Below are positions 1 to 10,328 of a stretch of DNA of 64,000 nt, piece by piece. The notes under the pieces were generated by a model. The model ran no database searches, had not been told where the DNA came from, and saw nothing but the letters and a program-made list of their open reading frames with translations. The DNA is from an uncultured Gemmatimonadales bacterium. Its GTDB lineage: Bacteria; Gemmatimonadota; Gemmatimonadetes; Gemmatimonadales; GWC2-71-9. The stretch covers positions 9,359 to 73,358 of the forward strand of contig CAWJMT010000014.1 of NCBI GenBank assembly GCA_963844035.1, in the 5' to 3' direction. Numbering within the stretch: position 1 is the first letter of the stretch; each line of letters opens with the position of its first letter. The translations under genes and the position numbers were made by a program.

Positions 1-860
1 CATCGGGAAGCACTTCACCGTCAACCTGATGCTGCAGAAGGAGTCGGTGCAGGCGCGCCTCGACGCCGGAATTTCCTACACCGAATTCAGCTACATGCTT
101 CTGCAGGCCTACGACTTCCTGCACCTGTTCCGCAAAGAGCGGTGCACCGTCCAGGTGGGCGGCAGCGATCAATGGGGGAATATCACCGCGGGGGTCGACC
201 TGATTCGCCGCGTCGAGAGCGGCGAGGCCCACGGTCTCGTGGCACCGCTCGTGACCACGGCGTCGGGTGCCAAGTTCGGGAAGACCGAGGCGGGGGCGAT
301 CTGGCTCGATCCCGCGCTGACGTCGCCGTACAAGCTGTACCAGTTCTGGGTGAACACCGACGACCGGGACGCCGAGCGGTACCTGAAGCTGTTCACGCTC
401 CTGCCGAAGGGCGAGATCAGCGCGCTCATCGAGTCGCACGCCAAGAGCCCGGGCGCGCGCGCGCCGCAGAAGAAGCTCGCCGGGTTCGTGACGGACCTGG
501 TGCACGGCCGGGCGGCGTGCGAGGCCGCCGTGGCGGCAAGCGCCATCCTGTTCGATGAGTTCAGCCCGAAGGACGTCGCGCCCAGCACCTTCGACGTCCT
601 GGCCCAAGAAATCCCCACGGTGGCGGTGGACGGCACGTCAGACCTGACACTCGTGGACGCCGTCGTGCGCGCGGGGCTCGCGACATCAAAGGGCGAGGCC
701 AAGCGTTCGATCGAAGGGGGCGGGATCTACGTGAATCAGGAACGGGAGAAGGATGTCGCACGGAAGGTCGGCGCGGCGGATTGGATCGCGGGGACGGAAT
801 CTGCTGCTACGGAAGGGGAAGAAGGATTACGCTCTGCTTCGCGTCGCCGCCCGGGGCTGA
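1..860 (+). CDS. tyrS: Tyrosyl-tRNA synthetase, 3' part (5' end outside window; apparent frameshift near 790)
   Basis: Motifs GISYTEFSYMLLQAYDF, QVGGSDQWGNI, KFGKT and a C-terminal S4-like domain. The typical ending LLLRKGKKDYALL is in a shifted frame and stops at TGA 858-860. Confidence 0.96.
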
Positions 861-870
861 CGCCCCGGGC
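849..870. repeat. Perfect 9-bp-stem palindrome GCCCGGGGC-TGAC-GCCCCGGGC (REP-like or terminator-like hairpin)
   Basis: The arms are exact reverse complements and overlap the tyrS stop codon. Confidence 0.6.
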
Positions 871-881
871 TAAGGGGTCCC

Positions 882-1535
882 ATGTTTATCGGTCATTACG
901 CCCTCGGCCTCGCGGCCAAGCGGATTGCTCCCCGCACCTCGCTCGGCACGCTGATCGCCGCACCCACCCTCGCCGATCTGTTGTGGCCCGTGTTCCTCCT
1001 GCTCGGATGGGAGCACGTGACGGTGGTGCCCGGCCCCAATCCCTTCCTTGTCCTCAATTTCGATTCCTATCCACTCTCCCACAGCCTGGCGACGCTCATT
1101 GGATGGGGGCTGCTGTTCGGCGCTCTCTATAGAATGCGCACCGGCTACGGACGGGGTGCGGCGATCGTGGTGCTCCTGGTCGTGAGCCACTGGGTCCTCG
1201 ACTTCGTGACCCATCGCCCGGACCTGCCGCTCTATCCCGGCGGGGCGAAAGTGGGCATGGGACTGTGGAATTGGGTGTTAGGAACGATCGTGGTCGAAGG
1301 ACTGATTTCGCTCGCGGGGCTGGTGATCTACCTCCGCGCGACGCGCGCGCGTGACCGCATCGGCAGGTTCGGTCTTTGGGGATTTCTGTTGTTCTTGCTC
1401 CTCTCCTATGTCGCCGCCCTGTTCAACCCGCCGCCGCCCGACATCCGGCCCCTTGCGATAGGCGGGATTGTGTTTGGATGGCTTTTCGTAGCATGCGGCT
1501 GCATGGGTAGATCGGCACCGGGAGACGGACGCTAA
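882..1535 (+). CDS. Membrane-bound metal-dependent hydrolase-like protein (YdjM/DUF457-like)
   Basis: MFIGHY start, SHSL and SHWVLDFVTH motifs, several hydrophobic helices. A probable frameshift near 1496 (WVDRHR in another frame) makes the 3' end uncertain. Confidence 0.75.
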   Translation: MFIGHYALGLAAKRIAPRTSLGTLIAAPTLADLLWPVFLLLGWEHVTVVPGPNPFLVLNFDSYPLSHSLATLIGWGLLFGALYRMRTGYGRGAAIVVLLVVSHWVLDFVTHRPDLPLYPGGAKVGMGLWNWVLGTIVVEGLISLAGLVIYLRATRARDRIGRFGLWGFLLFLLLSYVAALFNPPPPDIRPLAIGGIVFGWLFVACGCMGRSAPGDGR

Positions 1536-1617
1536 GACGCTAAGGCGCCAAGACGCTACGACGCTACGTTGTACGAGCGCGCTCTCTTATGACGTAGCGT
1601 CTCACCGTCTTAGCGTC
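1528..1617. repeat. Octamer tandem repeats (GACGCTAA/C x5) with three inverted copies downstream
   Basis: GACGCTAA GACGCTAA GGCGCCAA GACGCTAC GACGCTAC at 1528-1567; GTAGCGTC TCACCGTC TTAGCGTC at 1594-1617. Confidence 0.85.
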
Positions 1618-2801
1618 TCCTCCAAAACGTCAATCACCTTCTCCATCTCCTCCACCGTATTGAAGAAGTGCGGCGATAGCCGGATCGCGCCTTCCCGCAG
1701 CGAGCACACGATGTGGGCGCGTTTGATGGCGTGATACGCTTCGGCGGCGTGCTCGGGAGCGAGACAGATGATCGCCGAGCGGTGCGCGTCGTCGCGGGGT
1801 GAAGTGACGCGCACGCCGTTCGCATCGGCCCATTCGAGCAGCGGCTCGTGCAGTGCCCGCGTGTGCTCCGCGATATCGCGCACGCCCAGATCACAGATCA
1901 TCCCGACCGACGCCGTCAGGCCGCAGAAGTCCTGGTAGGGCAGCGTGGCCATCTCGAACCGGCGGGCGTCGGAGCGGAACGTCGGATTGTACTCGAGGAG
2001 GTGGGAGGAATCGTCGGTGCCCTCGAATGCCATCCAGCCCGCGACGACGGGTTCGAGCACGCGTACCAGCTCCTTGCGCACGTACACGAACCCCGAGCCC
2101 CAGGGCGAGAGCAGCCACTTGGGGCCGCCGCAAGCGAGGATGTCCACCGGGGTCTCGCGCACATCGAGCACCGAGTTGCCGATGCCCTGGATCGCGTCCA
2201 CCACGAGAAAGCTGCCGTTGGCCCGGCACGCGGCGCCGAGCCGCGCGAGATCGCAGCGGTACCCGTTGGAGAATTGCACGAGCGAGATGGCGAGCACGCG
2301 CACGCGTGGGTCCGCCAGCCGTTCGATCAGATAGTCCTCGTCCGGCCAGCCTTCCTGTCCGCACGGCGCCAGCTCGACCTCGATCCCCTGTTTCTTGAGG
2401 AGCAACCAGGGGTACACGTTCTGGGGAAACTCGCGATCGGAGATCAGCACCACGTCGCCGCGCTTCAGCGGCAGCGCGCGCGCCGCCATGTTCAGCCCGT
2501 ATCCCGTGCAGGTCGTCAGCGCGATCTCGCCGGTCTCGGCGTTCAGCAGCCGCGCGACCACCTCGCGCGCGGCGTGCAAACCGGCCTGCAGGTCGCGGTC
2601 GGGAAGGAGATGGGGCGCCGTGCGCTTCGAATTGAACTCATCGAGGACCTGGCGGGTGCGCTCGGGGAGCGGCCCGAGGGACGCGTTGTTGAGGTAGACG
2701 GTGTCCGCCGTCCAGGGGAATTCAGCGGCCCGCAAGGCGCGAAAGCTGTCCCGCAGGGCGCGGAGCCGGGTGGGGTGGTAGGCGATCTCCGTCACAGTCA
2801 A
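1602..2801 (-). CDS. Aminotransferase class V, PLP-dependent (cysteine desulfurase/selenocysteine lyase-like)
   Basis: YLNNASLGPLP, VDAIQGIG, CGGPKWLLSPWGSG (PLP lysine), RLSPHFFNT. An alternative GTG start lies at 2795. Confidence 0.88.
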   Translation of the reverse strand: MTVTEIAYHPTRLRALRDSFRALRAAEFPWTADTVYLNNASLGPLPERTRQVLDEFNSKRTAPHLLPDRDLQAGLHAAREVVARLLNAETGEIALTTCTGYGLNMAARALPLKRGDVVLISDREFPQNVYPWLLLKKQGIEVELAPCGQEGWPDEDYLIERLADPRVRVLAISLVQFSNGYRCDLARLGAACRANGSFLVVDAIQGIGNSVLDVRETPVDILACGGPKWLLSPWGSGFVYVRKELVRVLEPVVAGWMAFEGTDDSSHLLEYNPTFRSDARRFEMATLPYQDFCGLTASVGMICDLGVRDIAEHTRALHEPLLEWADANGVRVTSPRDDAHRSAIICLAPEHAAEAYHAIKRAHIVCSLREGAIRLSPHFFNTVEEMEKVIDVLEETLRR

Positions 2802-2880
2802 TGCCGCATGAGTGGCGCAAGCATATGGGCAACGACTACGTTACCCGAGGTCTCACCTTCCGGGCAAGCGGCCTAACGAC

Positions 2881-3963
2881 GTGAACTCGCAGACGCGCTT
2901 CAGCCTCGTCCTCGGCGGGGGCGGCATGAAGGGCCTCGCGCACATCGGCGTCCTCGAGGCGCTGTCGGAGCGCGGGCTCAAGCCCACGCGGGTGGTCGGG
3001 TCGAGCGTCGGCGCCCTCGTCGGCGCCGCGTGGGCCGCCGGGCGCAGCCCGGAGGTGTTGCGCGAGCTCGCCACCAATCTGCGGCGCAAAGACATCTTCG
3101 TCGTGGCACACAGCGACATGGCGTTCAAGCGCATGCGCTCTCCCGCCCTGTTCCGCCGCGAGCCGCTGGACGAGCTGCTCCACGAGCTGGTCGGCGACGT
3201 CACTTTCCGGCAGCTCAAGCGCCCGCTGACCGTCAACACGGTCGACATCAACTCCGGTATGCAGGTCTTCTGGGGCCAGCCGGGGCTGGACGACGTCCGC
3301 GTCGCCGACGCGGTGTTCGCGTCCTGTGCGATGCCGGGATACCTGCCGCCGCGGGAAATCCGCGGGCGCTTTTACTTCGACGGTGCCACGGTGGACAACT
3401 TGCCGGTGCGCACGGCCCGCACGGTCGACGTGGACCTGGTGATCGCGGTGGACGTGTCGGCCTCGAGCGCGCTGCGCGAGGACAAGCAGGACGAAGGGTT
3501 TGCCGCGGTGTTTGGGCGCGCCACCGAGATCGCGATGCATTCGGCGCTGGAGCTACGGCTGCAGACCTGGACCACACCCCCGATCTACTTCCTGCACCCC
3601 AGAGTCGAGCACATCTCCCCGTTTTCTTTCGACGACCTGCGCGAGCTGGTGGAAGAAGGTTACCGGGATGCGATGGCCGCCCTGTCGCACCCGGCCGATT
3701 GGCCCGGGCCGGGCGACGAGGGCGTGTATCCCAAGCGGCGGCTGATCGTGCGCGTGGATCGCGACCGCTGCATCGGTTGCGGCGCCTGCCTGGTCCACGC
3801 GCCGCCCGGCCTGTTCGTGCTCGATGCGCATGGGAAAGCAGCTGTGACGCGGCCGGAGCAGGTATGGTCGCCCATCGACGGCGGAGTGATCCGCCACTGC
3901 CCCACCTACGCAATCAGCGCGCGGCCCATTGCCGTCCCCGAGGCTGCCGGCGCGACCGGGTAG
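2881..3963 (+). CDS. Patatin-like phospholipase fused to a C-terminal ferredoxin-like Fe-S domain
   Basis: GGGGMKGLAHIG, GSSVG nucleophile elbow, DGA catalytic Asp motif; C-terminal DRDRCIGCGAC...HCPTYAI. Confidence 0.88.
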   Translation: MNSQTRFSLVLGGGGMKGLAHIGVLEALSERGLKPTRVVGSSVGALVGAAWAAGRSPEVLRELATNLRRKDIFVVAHSDMAFKRMRSPALFRREPLDELLHELVGDVTFRQLKRPLTVNTVDINSGMQVFWGQPGLDDVRVADAVFASCAMPGYLPPREIRGRFYFDGATVDNLPVRTARTVDVDLVIAVDVSASSALREDKQDEGFAAVFGRATEIAMHSALELRLQTWTTPPIYFLHPRVEHISPFSFDDLRELVEEGYRDAMAALSHPADWPGPGDEGVYPKRRLIVRVDRDRCIGCGACLVHAPPGLFVLDAHGKAAVTRPEQVWSPIDGGVIRHCPTYAISARPIAVPEAAGATG

Positions 3964-4006
3964 CGCGTGGGTTCTGCGACGGCCATGTTGTATGGCTCGC
4001 GCCCCA

Positions 4007-5296
4007 ATGGCCACCACAAATCGCCTCGCAAAACAGATTCTGAGTCGCGTCCTCGCCGACCGCGACCACGACACGGTCGCGGGCCAGCTGGCGCCGCGGT
4101 TGCCGGCGACCGATCCGCTGCCGCCGTCGATCCCGGCAAAGGACGACTACAGCCGCGAGGCGATGATGCTGCGGCGCGAGTTCCTCCGCTCGCGCGGGTT
4201 CGTCGTCCATCACCTCGCCGGTGAGGGCGACGGGATCGATCCGGCAAGCCTCACCGGGAATACCGAGTCGCTCGTCGGCTTCGCGCAAGTTCCCGTCGGC
4301 GTCATGGGTCCGCTCCGCATCAACGGTTCCGCCGCCCACGGGGACTTCTACGTCCCGCTGGCCACGACCGAGGGGGCACTCGTCGCGTCCTTCCAGCGCG
4401 GCGCGCGCCTCATCAGCGAATCCGGGGGCGCCACCGCGCTGTGTCTCACGGAGGCGGTCACGCGCGGACCGGCATTCGTCTTCAACACGACCATCGAGTC
4501 CGGCCGCTTTCTCGCGCATGTGCTCGACAGCGCCGACGACATTGGCCGCGCGGTCGAGAGCAGCTCGCGGTATGCCAAGCTGCTCGACCTCACCCCGTCG
4601 CTCGTCGGCAAGGAAGTCTTCATTCTCTTCCAGTTCTCGACGGGAGACGCAGCGGGTCAGAACATGGTGACGCTGGCGACGGAAGCGATCTGCCGGCAGC
4701 TGATCGAAGGATCGCCGGTCAAACCGGTCAGCTGGTTCGTCGAAGGAAACCTCTCGGGCGACAAGAAGGCGACGCACCTCGCGTTTCAGATGACGCGTGG
4801 CAAGCGCGTCGTCTCCGAAGCGATCGTGCCCGCCGCGCTGGTGCAGAAGGTCCTGCATACGACACCGCAGCAGATCAAGCGCTACTGGGAAGTCGCGTTG
4901 CTCGGCGGCCTGCAGAGCGGCTCGATCGGCATACAGGGTCACGTTGCCAACGGCATCACCGCGCTCTTCCTCGCGTGTGGTCAGGACGTGGCGTGCGTCT
5001 CCGAGGCCGCGGTCGGGCTCCTGCGCTTCGACGTCACCGATGCGGGAGACCTGTATATCTCGCTCACGCTGCCGACCGTCATGGTCGGCACCGTCGGCGG
5101 AGGGACCCACCTGCCGACGGCGCGCGAGTGCCTGGAGATGCTCGGCTGCTACGGCGCCGGGCACGCGAGGAAGTTCGCCGAGATTTGCGGCGCCACCGCG
5201 CTCGCGGGCGAGCTGTCGATCGCGGGTGCGCTCGCCGCGGGGGAGTTCAGCGCGGCCCACGCGACGTTCGGCAGGGCGGGACCAAAGCCGGCTTGA
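4007..5296 (+). CDS. Hydroxymethylglutaryl-CoA reductase-like enzyme (class I type)
   Basis: PLATTEGALVAS, TGDAAGQNM, GNLSGDKK, GQDVA, GTVGGGT, LAGELS and the C-terminal catalytic His (AAH). Confidence 0.9.
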   Translation: MATTNRLAKQILSRVLADRDHDTVAGQLAPRLPATDPLPPSIPAKDDYSREAMMLRREFLRSRGFVVHHLAGEGDGIDPASLTGNTESLVGFAQVPVGVMGPLRINGSAAHGDFYVPLATTEGALVASFQRGARLISESGGATALCLTEAVTRGPAFVFNTTIESGRFLAHVLDSADDIGRAVESSSRYAKLLDLTPSLVGKEVFILFQFSTGDAAGQNMVTLATEAICRQLIEGSPVKPVSWFVEGNLSGDKKATHLAFQMTRGKRVVSEAIVPAALVQKVLHTTPQQIKRYWEVALLGGLQSGSIGIQGHVANGITALFLACGQDVACVSEAAVGLLRFDVTDAGDLYISLTLPTVMVGTVGGGTHLPTARECLEMLGCYGAGHARKFAEICGATALAGELSIAGALAAGEFSAAHATFGRAGPKPA

Positions 5297-6384
5297 CGCC
5301 CGACGGCATCGAACAGCGCGCGCGGTTCGATTATGTCCGCTACGCGAACTGCTGGGAAGATGCGGACGTCCTCTGTCAGGCGCTCGAGCCCGGGCCCGGA
5401 AAGCGTATTCTCTCGATCGCCTCCGGCGGCGATAACAGCTTCGCGCTCGCCGCTGACGGCGCCAGCGTCGTCGCGGTCGACGTGAGCGACGCGCAGCTCG
5501 CGATGGTCGAATTGAAGCGCGCCGCCATTCGCCAGCTCGAGTACGACGCCCTGCTCGCGTTCCTCGGGCTTCGTCCGAGCGCCGAGCGCACGCACGCGTA
5601 TGCGAAGCTCGCACCGTCCCTGCCGCCAGGCGCGCGGGGGTTTTGGGACGCGCATCCCCGCGACATCCAAGACGGGATCGCACACGCGGGGAAGTTCGAA
5701 CGGTACTTCGCGACGTTCCGGCGGAGGATCGTGCCGCTCTTCCACACCCGTGGGACCGTCGCGCAATTGCTGGCGGAGAAACCACTCGCCGAGCGGCGCA
5801 CCTTCTACGATCGTACGTGGAACAACTTCCGCTGGCGCCTGATGTTCAAGGTCTTCTTCAGCCGACGCGTCATGGGTCTCTTGGGCCGCGACCCGGAGTT
5901 CTTTCGCTATGTTGAAGGCAGCGTCGCCGACCGGATTCTGCAGCGCGCCGAGTACGCCTTCACGGTGCTGCCCACGCACACGAATCCGTACCTCAACTTC
6001 ATTTTCACCGGCAGCTTCGGCCGGACGCTGCCGCGCTACCTGGATCGCGAACGCTTCGGCGCGTTGCGCGCAGGGATGGACCGCATCGAGCTGGTGCGCG
6101 GATCCGCGGAAGCGGTCGCCGCGACCCACGGACCCTTTGACGGGTTCAACCTGTCGGACATCTTCGAGTATCTCGATCCGCCCACCTGTGCCGCGATCTA
6201 CGGCTCCCTGCTCGCGTCGTCACGCCCGCACGCGCGTCTCGCGTACTGGAACATGCTCGTCCCGCGACGCCGGCCGGAGGAGTTCGTGGCACGCGTGCAA
6301 TCGCTCGATGCACGCGCCGACGCGCTGCTCGCGGTCGACCGCGCATTCTTCTATCGCGCGTTCGTCCTGGAGGAAGTGATGTGA
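5293..6384 (+). CDS. DUF3419 family protein (BtaA-like SAM-dependent 3-amino-3-carboxypropyl transferase)
   Basis: YANCWEDAD, SIASGGDN SAM-binding loop, GKFERYF, NPYL, FNLSDIFEY. The TTG start overlaps the upstream stop. Confidence 0.85.
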   Translation: MTPDGIEQRARFDYVRYANCWEDADVLCQALEPGPGKRILSIASGGDNSFALAADGASVVAVDVSDAQLAMVELKRAAIRQLEYDALLAFLGLRPSAERTHAYAKLAPSLPPGARGFWDAHPRDIQDGIAHAGKFERYFATFRRRIVPLFHTRGTVAQLLAEKPLAERRTFYDRTWNNFRWRLMFKVFFSRRVMGLLGRDPEFFRYVEGSVADRILQRAEYAFTVLPTHTNPYLNFIFTGSFGRTLPRYLDRERFGALRAGMDRIELVRGSAEAVAATHGPFDGFNLSDIFEYLDPPTCAAIYGSLLASSRPHARLAYWNMLVPRRRPEEFVARVQSLDARADALLAVDRAFFYRAFVLEEVM

Positions 6385-7716
6385 CCTGGCGGGACGACCT
6401 CGCGGGCGCGGCCCTCATTGCCGCGGTGCTCGCCATCGTGCTCATCCTGGCGGAGCTATGGGCTCGGGCGTGGCATGGCAAGCCGGAGCACACGCGCAAG
6501 CTGGTCCACCTGGGCGGCAGCGCGATCGGCGTGTTCCTGCCGCTGCTGGTGCACTCCGTCGCGGTGGCGTTTGTGCTGACGGGCTCGCTCTCGCTGCTGT
6601 TCTTCGCGGCGTCGCGCGGCAAGTGGCTCCGCAGCGTCGGCGCAATCGAGCGGTCGAGCCGCGGGAGCGAGTACTACCCGCTCGCGGTGTTTCTCGTGTT
6701 CGTGCTCGCCGAGGACGACTACTGGCGCTATCTGAGCTCGCTCCTGGTCCTGGGCGTCGCCGACGCGGGCGCCGCGCTCGTCGGCGGGGAATACGGGCGC
6801 ACTCGCTATGAGGTGGACGACGAGAGCAAGAGCGTCGAGGGCTCGCTGGTCTTTCTGGTCGTCGCGTTTCTGGCGATCCAGCTGCCGATGCTCCTGCTGA
6901 CCGATCTGCCCCGCCCCGACCGTCGTGCTCGCGTCGCTCCTGGTGGCGGTGGTCGTCACAGGTTTCGAGGCGGTATCGCTGCGCGGGGCGGACAACCTCT
7001 TCGTGCCAATCGCCGCGTGCGTGATTCTGGGCAAGATCACGGCGAAGCCGGTGGAGGAGATCGTGTTTCAGAACGTCAGCCTCATCGCACTCTGCACCGT
7101 GATCGGGGTCGGCGCGCGACACTTTCCGGGACTCAACGTCGGCGCCACAATTGCCGTCACGCTCTTCACGTACGGTCTGTGGTCGCTGGGGTCGCCGGTG
7201 TGGGCGCTGCCGGTGCTGATCGCCCTCGTGGCCATCGTGACCGCGCGCACCGAGCCATTCTCAGGTCGAGCAATCGGCGTGCGACCCGTCGTGCGCGCGA
7301 TTGTGCCGTTGTTTGCGATCCTCATCATCGCGAACACGTATGACGCAGTGGACTTCTGGTACGCTCCCTATCTCGGCGCAGTGGCGGCGATGACGGCGAT
7401 CGGGGTCGTCCACACAGGCGGTCAATGCACGCGGTCGCGCCTGCTCTCGTTGGGAGCGTGCGCAGCGATCGTCCTCATTCCCGCAGGTCTAGTGGTTTCG
7501 GCGCCGGCGTCGTCGCTTGTGGCGTTGGTCGCCGTGGCCGTGCTGGGGGGCGCCAGTGCCCTCGCGCTGAGAGCGCGCTACCCGTCCGCTGCGCGGCTGG
7601 GTAACGCGATCCCGGCGCTCGTCGCCATCGGGGCCGCTGGGATAGTCGCCCTCCTGGAATACCAGCGCACGATCCCGCCATGGATCATCGGGTTCGGTTT
7701 CCTCACGCGCCACTGA
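6381..7716 (+). CDS. CTP-dependent polyprenol/phytol/dolichol kinase-like membrane protein (SEC59/DGK1/VTE5 family); frameshift near 6915
   Basis: RKLVHLGG, ADAGAALVG...KSVEGS, then GADNLFVP in the second frame; many TM helices. Confidence 0.8.
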
Positions 7717-10328
7717 TCTCGATCGTGCCGGTCGAGCCGTCCATCGAGACGGTTTGGCCCGTCTTGAGGGTGGTGGTGAGGCCGGGGATGCCGACGATCG
7801 TGGGAATGCCCATCTCGCGCGCGACGATGGCGGAGTGTGACAGAATGCTTCCCCGCTCGATCAGGAGTCCCGATACGGACGGATAGAGCGGGACCCACCC
7901 CGGGTCCGTCCGGCCGGCGACGAGGATCTCGCCCGCGAGCTGCGCGTCGTCGGACGGCGTCAGGATCACCTTCACGCGATTGGTGACCTTGCCGGGCGAG
8001 CACGGAATTCCCCGCAGCACGCCATCCACCGGTACGACCGCCGCCGCACTCCGGCCTTTGAACCGGTTGCGGCTGTGCACCATGCCGAAGGTCTCGAACC
8101 GGTCGTCGGGCTCGGGCGCTGCCGCGCTGCGGTACCCGTCAAACTCGGCGCGCCGGAGCGACACCAGATCGCTCACCCGCGCGGTCACCGCGGTGCCCTT
8201 GATGAAGTCGAAGATCTCGTCGAGCGTGAGATAGAACACGTCGTCGCGCTGCTCGAGCGCGCCGGCCTGCACCAGGTGGGTGCCGAGCGATCGCACCAGC
8301 TCTCGCACGAGGCCGAAGATGCGCGTCCGGGCGAAGCGCATGTTCTCGCGGTTCTTCACGCCGAGTCGCGCGTTCTTCAACACGCGCTGAAACACGCGCC
8401 GCTTCCACCAGGACGGCAGCGCCGCTCTGGCTCGCGCTTCCGCGGCGGAGCGGATACCGGCTTCCCGGGACGTGATCGCGGCAGGATCCGCGCCCCCCTG
8501 CGATGTCACGTAATTCCGAATCACCTGGTAGGCGAAATCGGGCCGGTCGCGCAGCGTCGGCTCTTCGAGCTTCAGCTCGTTCATGCAGCGAAAGCCGTAC
8601 TCGTCGAGATAGTGCGCGAACGCCGCGCGAAACGTGCTGAATCGCGGGTCGGTGGTGGTGAGCCGGCCGATCTGCTCGAGCGGCGCGCTCGCGAACAGCG
8701 CTGCCAGCTCGGGGTCGGCGCGCACGTCGCGGGCAAGATCCATCAGGCGGAACGTCGGCTCGGTGCTGCGAATGCCGCCCTCGCCACAAATGAGATCGTT
8801 CTGCAACGACCCGCGTCGGGTCCCCGCACCACGAGGCGCACAGCTTCTTGAGCACGCCGTAGTGCATCATCACGAACAGATCGTTGATGATCGGCGCGCG
8901 CCACTGTTCGAGGATCTCCCGTTCGATGTCCGCATACAGCGCCATGAGCTCGTGGGGACGCAGCTCGGCGAAGTCCATCGCTGCCCAGCGGCGATAGTGC
9001 AACTCGAAATGCTTTTCGAAGCGTGACACGCGAGCGCGGATGCGGACGAAGTTCCAGGTCGAGCGGCCCAGGAGCCGCAGCAGCGCGGGCAGCTCGACGA
9101 AATACCGCCGCAGCGCCGAGGCGGGGACGGACGCTCCGGCTGATACGACTCCTTCACCCCCATCATCGATTCCATGAACTGCCGGTTGTACTCGAAACCC
9201 GGGAACAGCCGCAGCAACAGGTACCAGCTCCGCAGGTTGTAGTAGACGCGCCCGCGGATGAGCCCCAGCATGTTCTGATAGAGCGGTTCGCTCTGCCGGA
9301 TCGTGCCGGGGGCGATGCCCATCACTTCGGAGAAGCAGCGATACACCGTGGCGTAGGAACGCCGGATGACGCTGAACGTCAGCGGCGACGTCACGCCCGA
9401 GAAACTCTCGATGATGTTTGAGTTGTCCCACAGCAGGCCGTACCCCGCCGCTGGTCCGTACTCCTCGATGGTGGTGATCGGGCGCGTTTGGAGAATCGCC
9501 AGCTCCCCGCCGCGATCGATCGCGAACTCGATGTCCTGGGGCGCTCCGTACGCCTCCTCGATCCGCCGCGCCGTCTCGCTCAGCAGCCGGATCTGGGAGT
9601 CGGTGAGGCTCGCCTTCTCTCGGGAGTCCGCCGGCACCGGTTCCCGCGTCACACCCCCCTGCTTCGCGCGATCGAACACGAAACGCTCGCTCTTGTCCGC
9701 CACGACCGGCTCGATCTTCCCCGTCTGTTTGTCGACGGTGAACAGATCCGCGTCGAGACCGCCGCTCACCAGCCCTTCGCCCAGCCCGTACAGCGAGCTG
9801 ATGACAATGCGGCGGGTGTCGCCCGTGGTTGGTTCGGCCGTGAACACCACGCCACTCACCTCGGCGTCGATCATCTCCTGCACAACCACCGCCATCTCCA
9901 CGCCATCCAGCGGGAGGTGACGCGACTTCCGGTACGCCACGGCACGCTCGGCGAACGCGGACGCCCACACCCGCCGGATCGCGTCATAGAGCGCGTCGCG
10001 TCCTCGCACGTAGAGGTAGACTCTCGTGAATGCCGGCGAACGACTCACCGGTGGCGTCTTCACCGACCGCGGACGACCGGACCGCGACGAACGGGTCGCC
10101 CGGCAGGAAGTCGCTGTGGGCCTGCTCGATCGCGTCGCGCAGGGCCGGCGCCAGCGCCTCGCCCGCGGCGTGGGATCGCGACTGGTGAAACGCCGCCGCG
10201 GTAATCACATAGAAGGGGGGCACCCGACACCCAAGCCGCCGCAGCCGATCGAGATTCGCGGCCTTGCCTCCCACGATCGCCGGATCCGCCTTGCTGGAGT
10301 CACCGCACCGCCAGACCAGGGCGCTCAT
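7703..10328 (-). CDS. PEP-utilising dikinase-like enzyme with rifampin-phosphotransferase architecture (ATP-grasp, central domain, His swivel); frameshifts near 10020, 9130 and 8815
   Basis: VGGKAANL, VAVRSSAVGED, SFAG, QDIEFA/LQTRPIT, WDNSNIIESF, TDPGW and GSILSHSAIVAREMGIP, spread over four ORF fragments. Confidence 0.88.

Noticed and set aside
3914..5785. Long antisense and alternate-frame ORFs here and across the high-GC region
   Set aside because: They are Arg/Ala/Pro-rich shadows of real genes, expected at this GC content, and contain no motifs.
7703..10328. Rifampin resistance gene or PEP synthase
   Set aside because: It shares the architecture only; it lacks the C-terminal pyruvate-binding barrel of PpsA and sits in a biosynthetic operon.
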